Positions 9,076 through 16,877 of a DNA stretch of 64,000 nucleotides are shown piece by piece; position 1 is the first letter of the stretch; the number at the start of each line of letters is the position of its first letter. The notes beneath the pieces are model-generated. The model had not been told where the DNA came from and did not search any database. It worked only from the letters and a program-made list of their open reading frames with translations. The translations under genes and the position numbers were made by a program. The stretch is from an uncultured Collinsella sp. (GTDB taxonomy: Bacteria; Actinomycetota; Coriobacteriia; Coriobacteriales; Coriobacteriaceae): positions 343,886 through 407,885 of the forward strand of contig CAUHHB010000001.1 in NCBI GenBank assembly GCA_959606035.1. Reading direction: 5' to 3'.

Positions 9076-9829
9076 TTGGGCGCCGGGCCGACTCGCTTCG
9101 GATCGGGCGCTACACCAACTTTCTCGATACTACCCGATCCTATCGTTAGGCTTTCTTTTGATGAAATCCTAACGATAGCAAATTACTCTAAGGCCAAGAC
9201 TCGTGTATTTCTTCTCGATAGTTGTTGTTCTGGGTATTTGGGGGCTCCTAGCGCACTGGACGGGACTTCCTCAAAGCTCAGTGAGGGTTTATCAATTTTT
9301 GAGTGCATGCTGTCCTAGCGAATGTACGGAGGAGTTTAACGGGCGCGGGACATTCACATCGCTTCTTGTAGATGCGCTAAATGGCGGCGCGGCAGACCTG
9401 ATAGAGCATGTTACTCTTGGTGGGGTCTGCACGTTTATTGATGAGTCTCTCGGGCCATGGGACCAGCTGCCTGTGTTTAGGACTAATGTGAATTCTTTTA
9501 TTTCGCTGAGGAAAGACGTTCCCCAGGTTCCCGATGGCGTGTTGGGACAGCTGCCATTTTTGTTTGACGCGCCCGGTGCTAAACTGCCCTTGGATCCATC
9601 TTTTGAGCCTACCAACATTCCTGATTGGGAAGAGCATCGAATTGTGGAGCCCTATACGACTGAGGATAATTTGGGGACGTTCAAGATCCTTCAGCAGTTG
9701 GAGGGTATTCGCCTTGTCCGTTCTGTGGAGTCGGAGCATATGTATCATGCTGCTATGGAGTCCAAGTCTTGTGAACTGACGGCTCTGGGCAAGCGGTATT
9801 GGCACCTTACCACTACGGGCAAGATTTAG
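9076..9829 (+). pseudogene. caspase-like (peptidase C14-like) domain gene remnant, frameshifted and N-terminally truncated
   Basis: Frame 1 has ...KTRVFLLDSCCSGYLG (caspase catalytic-Cys-like D-x-C-x-S-G). About 30 codons later frame 3 continues with FNGRGTFTSLLVDALNGGAADLIEH, typical of the region after the catalytic Cys. The two frames are separated by a stop at 9316-9318. No His-Gly dyad region upstream, where the IS remnant sits. Confidence 0.35.
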
Positions 9830-9931
9830 CTGCTTGTCGGATTCAATTGCGTTGCTTTCAGACGGGTTAAAATTGTAACGGTTGTTATTTTCAGGCGTTA
9901 TAGCTTTGTCTGTATATGAGGTGTTTTGTAA

Positions 9932-10738
9932 ATGCTGTTCAACTTAATTGTACGTGCCAATGAGACACAGCCCATGTTGACTTCTAGGATGTTCGAGGGA
10001 ACTCCTGAGCAGTTGACGAGCGCCTATAGGACTGGCACTGGTTTTGACTTTAATGCCCTCGCTCAGCTTCCTACTGTTATGACGCGCGAATTTGAGTCGG
10101 ATGATATGGGTGCCGTGGCCACACTTGGATATATGGATACCCCGTCTATCAACCCCGTGATCTCCAAGCCTATTCTACGGTTTCCATCGCAGGCATTGTT
10201 GAATCTTGGTCTACTTGACGAGAACTGCTGGCAAAACAAACGTACTCATTGGAGACTTTGTGAAGGCGACCCTTTTCGTCTGTTTTTAAATTTTCTTGAT
10301 AACTCCCCCTTGACGGTCGGATCTGAAAGGTCTAGTGCTCATGATCCAAATTTAATTGCCGTCATGATGCCATTCACCGACGACCCTTCAATAGATCCTG
10401 TATATTCGGCGTTGATCGAAGGCTCTAAGAGGGCGGGCAAGATATGTAAACGCGCAGATGAGATATTGACGCCTACCGATATTACGGAAGACATATTTAA
10501 ACTGATTGCGTCTAGCTCTTCGGTAATTGCAGACATTACTGGCCTGAATTCAAACGTTATGTTCGAAGCGGGCTATGCGATTGGAATGGGTAAGCAGACC
10601 GTTTTTATACACCAAGGTGATGTTCCTAAGCTGCCTTTTGATGTTAGTCATAGGAGGGTATTTAGGTACAACCGGAATAAGGACGGATTGACTATACTTT
10701 CAGACATGATTTTCAAAATCTTGATGAATGCTCAATGA
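9932..10738 (+). CDS. protein with unknown N-terminal domain and C-terminal nucleoside 2-deoxyribosyltransferase-like (NDT/SLOG-like) domain
   Basis: C-terminal IAVMMPFTDD...VYSALIEGSKRAGKICKRADEI...SSSVIADITGLNSNVMFEAGYAIGMGKQTVFI resembles the NDT-like fold, with a conserved Glu in the N.NVmfEaGYAiG.gK motif. Sits in the low-GC island. Confidence 0.45.
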   Translation: MLFNLIVRANETQPMLTSRMFEGTPEQLTSAYRTGTGFDFNALAQLPTVMTREFESDDMGAVATLGYMDTPSINPVISKPILRFPSQALLNLGLLDENCWQNKRTHWRLCEGDPFRLFLNFLDNSPLTVGSERSSAHDPNLIAVMMPFTDDPSIDPVYSALIEGSKRAGKICKRADEILTPTDITEDIFKLIASSSSVIADITGLNSNVMFEAGYAIGMGKQTVFIHQGDVPKLPFDVSHRRVFRYNRNKDGLTILSDMIFKILMNAQ

Positions 10739-11371
10739 GTGCTTTCTTGAGCACTGCCGAATGCCGCGATTCTGCTGCGTCGATATTGCGCTTGGACACC
10801 GGGGCAGACTTGGCTTCGGTGTCCATTTGTTGCTAGTTGCCGGCCTCACGGTGCTGTCGTATGTCGCTCTCGCGCATGCCGACTCAGCACGCGTTGTGCG
10901 ATACCGCTCATCTATCAAACGTCGTGACTTGTCGAATTGTTAGGCAATCTGTTCGCTCACGGTCTCATAATCAAATAAACGCAACCCCTCTTCCACGGAG
11001 ACCAGATGTCTGAGCCGATCGTCGGAAAACTTGCCTGCTGCAACATCATTAACTGCGCAACTATTACGTTAAAACCCAATGTAACCACTGTTTTGCACGG
11101 AATGGACAGGGCGATGCATATGACGGGGTCGAGGCCGTAAAAGTTACTTTTCGAAAGAATCTTGACGGCACCTTATTCGTAGGGTTTTCGCCTACGGTGA
11201 GGTCGTGAACATCAATCGCAAGCGCGGAACTATCAATCGGGGCCGAAAAGAAGGGCGAGCTGAAGTGCTGCATGTTGCTGCTTCCGAAAGCATCCAAGTG
11301 GGGGCTTGCTGGCGGTCTAGGGCGTACACTATGGGTGAAGCCATTACGGCGGGCTGGCTAATTGTTAGAAG

Positions 11372-12421
11372 GTGAGCATGGGATACATAATCCGTTCATC
11401 GGAAAAGACATCTTCCTCGGCTAGCGAGATGGAGACTAAGGCGCTCCTCCATCTGCTCTGTGAGGATGGAGGCAATGGAAACATCATTGGGTTTGCCATC
11501 GACTTCTTCAACGATGTTACAGGGATGGATCGGAACGCCCTTAGGCTTTATGATATACAGTCTAAGGGCACCGATTCTGGCCCATCGGCTTTAGGCCAAG
11601 AGTTGGTTACCTTATATAAGAATTACATCAGCGAATTCAAGAGGTTCTTTGTTGCTCAAATTCTTTTTGTGCGTAGCGTGACTAGGCCAGTCCTTGGGGA
11701 CCAGTTGCTCACTGAGTTCAGGTACCGCGATATGACGGAAGCTGCTCAGATAAAGCTCCGTTCAAGTTTCGTGCAGATGTGCAGAGATAAGACATACATT
11801 GATAATGACTTCTTGGACGATGAAGCCATAGATGCCTTCCTTGATCAGGTCCTATTTGTTGTTGCAAAACCTGATAAGGAAGATTATATTCGTCCTCTCA
11901 TCAAGACAAATAATGCTCTGGGCACGACAGACAGAGATTTGCGGGCAATATTCGCTGAAATTAGAAAAAAGCAACTCGGCATAAAAACCTCTTCAAAGGT
12001 CGAGGGACTTGAGCTTAAGAGTCCGTCTGAGGCCTACAACTCCGGTCGCATTCTTAGGAGATCTGATATTGAGCTACTTGTCATCTCGCGAGTACTTAAC
12101 AGAAACCCATTAAAGGCAGGCATGCCTAAACCCTTTGAATCAATTTACAACGGCTTCGAAGAGGATTATGCAGAAGAAATGCTGGAAGGTTGTCAAAACG
12201 ATCTCGCCAAGCAAATGTTCACTACACCTGAGGCGTCTGCCTTTTGGAAACTTCTGAACGACATTGTGACAGCAATAAAAAATGATCCGGACAAAGGTGT
12301 CGAAGAAATTTATAGGGAAATCCCCTTATCTACTTTGGATGGCTGTAGGCAAATGGATGCTCTGTCGCATCAGTACTTTATATCGATTGTTAAGGAGGGG
12401 CTGAAAATTGATAAAGATTAA
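11372..12421 (+). CDS. hypothetical protein (349 aa). First gene of a two-gene module with an SMC-like ATPase. Possible LmuA/effector-like component.
   Basis: Clean ORF in the low-GC island, overlapping the downstream gene by 14 nt. No confidently recognisable domain. The N-terminal LLCEDGG...AIDFF...LYDIQSKG could be a degenerate PD-(D/E)xK-like motif (speculative). Start is either GTG 11372 or ATG 11378. Confidence 0.5.
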   Translation: MSMGYIIRSSEKTSSSASEMETKALLHLLCEDGGNGNIIGFAIDFFNDVTGMDRNALRLYDIQSKGTDSGPSALGQELVTLYKNYISEFKRFFVAQILFVRSVTRPVLGDQLLTEFRYRDMTEAAQIKLRSSFVQMCRDKTYIDNDFLDDEAIDAFLDQVLFVVAKPDKEDYIRPLIKTNNALGTTDRDLRAIFAEIRKKQLGIKTSSKVEGLELKSPSEAYNSGRILRRSDIELLVISRVLNRNPLKAGMPKPFESIYNGFEEDYAEEMLEGCQNDLAKQMFTTPEASAFWKLLNDIVTAIKNDPDKGVEEIYREIPLSTLDGCRQMDALSHQYFISIVKEGLKIDKD

Positions 12422-14036
12422 GGCTGTCTATATCGGAAATGGCGCAGAGTCCTATATTGAGGATAGGTTAACTGATGGCACCAACGTCATCTATAGTCTC
12501 GATAATAACCGTGGGAAAACAGTCTTGATGCAGGGTGCGATGTATGCTCTCGGTGCAATACCGACGTTTCCTGAGCGCTTCCCTTATAAGGAGTACATTT
12601 ATATCGTTGACCTTGATATCGACGGCAATGAGGTGTCTGTTCTGCGAAGCCGAAATACTTTTGCTGTTAAGACATCTGATAGTCTGAGCCTTTTCGATAG
12701 CGAGGCGGATTACTCTCGATACTGGAGTGAGAATTTCAGACGTTTGCCGAGCATCGTTAAAAACGGGCGATTGACGTCAGTTGGCCTTCAGCTCTATACG
12801 CAGATGGCGTTTATCGGACAAGATGATATTTCATCCGCAAAGATAACTGCTGGTCAGTTTAATAAGGATGATTTCACTGAGATGCTTTATGCCATTGCGG
12901 GGTTTGACGGGAGGGAACTTGATTCGGCCGAGGAGATTGCGCTCAAACGCCGAAGAGATGAACTGAAGGGGCTAATTAAATCGTTGGCCAAAGAAGCATC
13001 TGCGTTAAACGCGCGAGGTACGGCGCTGTCCGCAATTAGCGCAACAACTGACGCGCGTGACATGCAAGAGTTCCTAAAAGAACTTGATTCCGCACGTGCC
13101 GAGGTTACCGATTTAAGGAAGACGCGCAGTCGTTATCTGGCTCGTTTGACCAAGAATCAAATAGTTCTCGACGAGCTTAATTCATTGAGACGCGAAGTAA
13201 AATCGGGTAAGCTCGTGTGCCTAAAATGCGGCAGCGTCTCAGTCGGATATCAGATGGCCGACTCGGATGTTATTTTCGATGTCACATCTCCTGACATGAG
13301 AACTCAAATTATCAATACACTTAAGGAGCGCATCTATGCAATCGAGGCAGACCTCGATGCCCTGGAACGCAATCTGCGGAAGTCGCAGAATCGCTTGAGC
13401 GGTCTTCTTTCCAAAAATGATGAATTTAGCCTGATGGATGTTGTTGCATGCAAAGATGAATATCTAAATGAACAGGAAATAGATCAAAAAATGCAGGAGG
13501 CTCAAAGGGAACTGGATGACGTTAAGGATAAGCTCGAATCAGACAGAGTTCTGACAAGTGAAATCGCAAAACTGAGAAAAGAGTTTATGGACGACCTTCT
13601 TGGAAAGATGAATCTGGCAAGAAGGGCAATCTCGGATAATACTGAGGAATCTTCTTACGAAAGTTTGTTCAGCACCAAAGCAAACGTTTATTCGGGGAGC
13701 GACGGCACCATCTATTTTGCCGCTAGGACCTTTGCGATTGCTTCCAAGATCGATCACGGCATGCCAATAATGATTGATTCGTTCAGGGCCGACGATCTTT
13801 CTTCCGACCGCGAAGACCGGCTTTTGGATCTCCTGGGTAAACTTGACAATCAGATTATCCTAACAACGACGATTAAACGCGAAGAAAGTGCCGGCCCCGA
13901 TGCGTCAAAGTACGAGAGAGACCCGCGCGTCTATGCTATTAACTATTCGAACCATGAAATCAATAGGATAATGAGTGATGTCTATAATGATCGTTTTGCC
14001 GAAAAGGCGGCAGACTTCGGATTGGTTCTTAGATAG
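12408..14036 (+). CDS. SMC/RecF/RecN-like ABC ATPase with central coiled coil and a degenerate Walker B / H-loop
   Basis: N-terminal IKIKAVYIGNGAESY...NVIYSLDNNRGKTVLMQGAMYALG is an SMC-head-like strand plus a Walker A variant (LDNNRGKT). The long coiled-coil-type middle is rich in E/K/R/L. C-terminal YSGSDGTIYFAARTFAIAS (signature-like), PIMIDSF (Walker B Asp followed by Ser instead of Glu) and NQIILTTT (H-loop without His). TTG start is 9 nt after a strong RBS TAAGGAGGGG. Confidence 0.6.
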   Translation: MIKIKAVYIGNGAESYIEDRLTDGTNVIYSLDNNRGKTVLMQGAMYALGAIPTFPERFPYKEYIYIVDLDIDGNEVSVLRSRNTFAVKTSDSLSLFDSEADYSRYWSENFRRLPSIVKNGRLTSVGLQLYTQMAFIGQDDISSAKITAGQFNKDDFTEMLYAIAGFDGRELDSAEEIALKRRRDELKGLIKSLAKEASALNARGTALSAISATTDARDMQEFLKELDSARAEVTDLRKTRSRYLARLTKNQIVLDELNSLRREVKSGKLVCLKCGSVSVGYQMADSDVIFDVTSPDMRTQIINTLKERIYAIEADLDALERNLRKSQNRLSGLLSKNDEFSLMDVVACKDEYLNEQEIDQKMQEAQRELDDVKDKLESDRVLTSEIAKLRKEFMDDLLGKMNLARRAISDNTEESSYESLFSTKANVYSGSDGTIYFAARTFAIASKIDHGMPIMIDSFRADDLSSDREDRLLDLLGKLDNQIILTTTIKREESAGPDASKYERDPRVYAINYSNHEINRIMSDVYNDRFAEKAADFGLVLR

Positions 14037-14561
14037 AAGCCCTCTATTTTATGTCTATTGTTCGTGTCACGCGAGACCTGTTGATTGCGATATTGTGTAT
14101 GGCGCCGGAGCCGATATGGGCTCCGGCACCCTTTTGTCGCTGGTGGGTGATCGATTCTAGCCACCGTATCTTGTAGCTAGAAATGAATTGTTACGACGAC
14201 CCAGGGCGAAGCTATAAAGCGTGGTCGTCAAATTAGTTCTAATCAGCACTCTGAGCTAATCACCCATCGTCCCGATGGCAGAATCCGCGCAAAGGATTCC
14301 CATGGGCACGATCCCTTCCCGCCGAGAGGATAGGGGCTTGACGCAATTGCGGCTGCGGGCATGGATTAGCGTGTCCGCAGCCGCAAACGCCTGCCGGAAG
14401 CATGCGGCAAATTCTGGAACCTCCGAGCACAACGGCTTTTCCGAATAAAGGATCCGCAGGTAGAAACATTGTGGCATTCCGGAGCGCTCGGCACGCCAGG
14501 GATTTGCCGCATACTTCCGAGTTTTGGGCCTCGTACCCTTTGCTCCAGATGCAGCAAACAC

Positions 14562-14589
14562 TTGATTGATGCTATTTAAGGTCTATAAT
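14562..14589 (+). promoter_or_regulatory. sigma-70-like promoter (TTGATT-16nt-TATAAT) in front of the second AAA ATPase/RloB operon
   Basis: Near-consensus -35/-10 hexamers with a 16-nt spacer, read in the sequence ~55 nt upstream of the proposed start. Confidence 0.35.
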
Positions 14590-14643
14590 CAAATAAAAAA
14601 TCTGAAATATCTTTTCAAAACAATGAAAGGAATTTTGAGGACG

Positions 14644-15861
14644 ATGCTTTGCCAGTTTACCTTCAGGAACTATAGATCCTATCGCGACGAAACTGAGCTT
14701 TCCATGCAGGCAACATCTATGAGGGAGTTCGAGCGCTCCCTTATAGAGTGTCCTGACGGGCAGAGTTTCCTTCCGGTGGCTGCGGTTTATGGGCCTAACG
14801 CTGGCGGCAAGTCCAACCTGCTCGAGGCTCTTGACTATATTCGTTCGGCGGTGGCAAGGCCGATCAGATTGCTGTCTGCCAGCACTGATGCGCCAGAGGG
14901 TAACCGTCCTTCGATACCCCGTTGCTCTGCGTTTGAGTTCGATGACGTGTCTGCTGCCGAGCCCACCGAGTTCGAGCTCTACTATCGCGCGGGTGAGCAC
15001 GAGTACCGCTATGCCCTGTCCGTGCATGCGGACGAGATCGTGTCCGAAGGCCTGTGGCGGCGAAAATTGGGAGCGTCACGCACGGCGATGCTGTTCGAGC
15101 GTGAGGGCGCAGAGGTTGAACTCGGCCCCACGCTGCGTAAGCTCGTGACGGCTGCGAGATTCAACCCGAGACTGCCGTACCTGTCGTTTCTCTGCATCAA
15201 CTTTGACGCGCCGGTGGTCAAGGAAGCTGCCAGCTGGTTTCTTGACGGGGTGTTCCTGAACTATAACAGCTCCTATCTGGAGCAGATGCTCGAGCAATTG
15301 CTCGACGAGGATGACTCACCCGACGTCACGCGTTTTTTGCGCGCCGTTGATGTGCGTATTGATGGCTTCAGAGTGGAGAGGGCGCCGGAGTGGCGCGGCC
15401 AGCGCGTCTTCGTGAGGCACAAGGTGAGCGGCAAGGCGTACGAGCTGCGTTTATCCGAGGAATCTGCCGGAACCCAGAAGCTCATGGGGTTGGCTGCGTA
15501 TCTGATGACAGCGCTTGAGCGTGGTGGCACCGTTGTGGTAGACGAGCTCGACGCCAAACTGCACCCGAAGCTTCTTCGCTATGTGATTCTGCTGTTTAAG
15601 GATCCTGGGGTCAACAAGAGTGGCGCGCAGCTCATCTTCTCGTCCCAGGATGTTTCAACCATGCGAAACGATGTGTTCCGCCGTGACGAGATATGGTTCG
15701 CTGCGCGCGGCGAGGGGGAGGCGAGCCAACTGTGGTCTCTCGCCGACATCCACGAGGCAAACGGTAATCTGGTAAGCAAGAACGCGGCTTTCGACAAGCA
15801 ATACCTGTCCGGTCGCTACGGCGCCGATCCGTATCTCACCCGCATCGAGGAGTGGGATTAG
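14644..15861 (+). CDS. AAA_21-type ATPase (AbiLi / RloA-like), paralog of 6259..7674
   Basis: Start MLCQFTFRNYRSYRD parallels MLIRFSFKNFRSVGED of the first ATPase. Walker A VYGPNAGGKSN. C-terminal VVVDELDAKLHP...FRRDEIWFAARGEGE...KQYLSGRYGADPYL is shared with the first ATPase. The ORF-track start 14566 would lie inside the promoter, so start 14644 (or 14625) is preferred. Confidence 0.8.
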   Translation: MLCQFTFRNYRSYRDETELSMQATSMREFERSLIECPDGQSFLPVAAVYGPNAGGKSNLLEALDYIRSAVARPIRLLSASTDAPEGNRPSIPRCSAFEFDDVSAAEPTEFELYYRAGEHEYRYALSVHADEIVSEGLWRRKLGASRTAMLFEREGAEVELGPTLRKLVTAARFNPRLPYLSFLCINFDAPVVKEAASWFLDGVFLNYNSSYLEQMLEQLLDEDDSPDVTRFLRAVDVRIDGFRVERAPEWRGQRVFVRHKVSGKAYELRLSEESAGTQKLMGLAAYLMTALERGGTVVVDELDAKLHPKLLRYVILLFKDPGVNKSGAQLIFSSQDVSTMRNDVFRRDEIWFAARGEGEASQLWSLADIHEANGNLVSKNAAFDKQYLSGRYGADPYLTRIEEWD

Positions 15862-15862
15862 C

Positions 15863-16531
15863 ATGGTGGCGAAGAAGTCGAAGGGCTGGCGTAGCGGCAA
15901 ACGAGAGGGCCGCTCGCGCATGGTTCAGATGACGCGTCATCTTGTAGTGAGCGAGGGCAAGGAGACCGAGCCTCGCTACTTTGAGGGTGTGCGTGCGGCG
16001 TTGGGTGCGGCGAACGAGCGTAAGGTTGCCATTGTCGTTAAGGGGACCGGCAAACATACACTTGACCTACTTGACTTTGCCGTCGAACACTGCCGCTATG
16101 CGCCCGAGACATTCGACCATGTGTGGCTCGTGTATGACAAGGATGACTTTCCTGCGTCCGACTTTGACGCGATGGAGCGCAAATGCGACGAGCTCTCCGA
16201 TGGTTCGAGGACCTTCCATGCGTTGTGGTCGAACCCCTGCTTCGAGCTGTGGCCTCTTCTGCACTTTCGCTACACGACCGCGCATATGTCCGCGTCCGAC
16301 TGCCAGCATGCCCTCGCGCAGGAGATGTCGAGAGACCTGGGCATCGAGTACCGCAAGAACTTGGACGGGCTGTTCGAGGTGGTGGACGGCAAACGAGGCG
16401 AGGCATTGCAGCGTGTTGGGCGCCTCGTCACATACCATAGGGGGCTGGGTAACGTTAAGCCATCTGCGCAAAACCCTGCAACTAAGGTGGGCGAAATTTT
16501 CGATGTAATCGGGCCGTATCTGGCTGGCTAG
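15863..16531 (+). CDS. RloB-like (AbiLii-type, TOPRIM-like) protein, paralog of 5556..6284
   Basis: LVVSEGKETEPRYF, VWLVYDKDDF and ALWSNPCFELWPLLHF are the hallmark RloB motifs. Starts 2 nt after the ATPase stop. Confidence 0.75.
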   Translation: MVAKKSKGWRSGKREGRSRMVQMTRHLVVSEGKETEPRYFEGVRAALGAANERKVAIVVKGTGKHTLDLLDFAVEHCRYAPETFDHVWLVYDKDDFPASDFDAMERKCDELSDGSRTFHALWSNPCFELWPLLHFRYTTAHMSASDCQHALAQEMSRDLGIEYRKNLDGLFEVVDGKRGEALQRVGRLVTYHRGLGNVKPSAQNPATKVGEIFDVIGPYLAG

Positions 16532-16877
16532 TCGAGTCTGTGGATTGGCTTTCCGGTTAGGGCGATTGGCGGATTGTGATGCGCGATTGCAAATCCGGTG
16601 CGTAGGAGAAGTGCGGAGAAAAATCGAAACTCGCCGAGCATAGCCCGATTTCAGGCAACAAAACCGCAGGTCGCCGGAGCTCAAAACCGGGGCCTGGTCA
16701 GCAGGTCTCGGTTTTTCACCCCACTTCCGAATTGGTCGCTCATTTTGCACTCTCGAAGTCCCCACATCCTCTAAAAAAGTTCTTAAAACAGCCTTAAAGG
16801 CGCTCTGGCTCGCGTTGACAGCGTAAAATACGCATGTTTGACTATGACTAAAGTGGATTTTAGGGGAGGGGTGCGCC

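Noticed and set aside
10960-11110. 47-codon Cys-containing small ORF (MSEPIVGKLACCNIINCATITL…) preceded by GGAGA
   Set aside because: Too short and without supporting conservation evidence. Kept only as a note.
16532-16877. Possible sRNA or terminator between the second RloB gene and pelD
   Set aside because: Only weak hairpin (aaaaccgg…ctcggttttt) and no clear promoter hexamers. Insufficient evidence.
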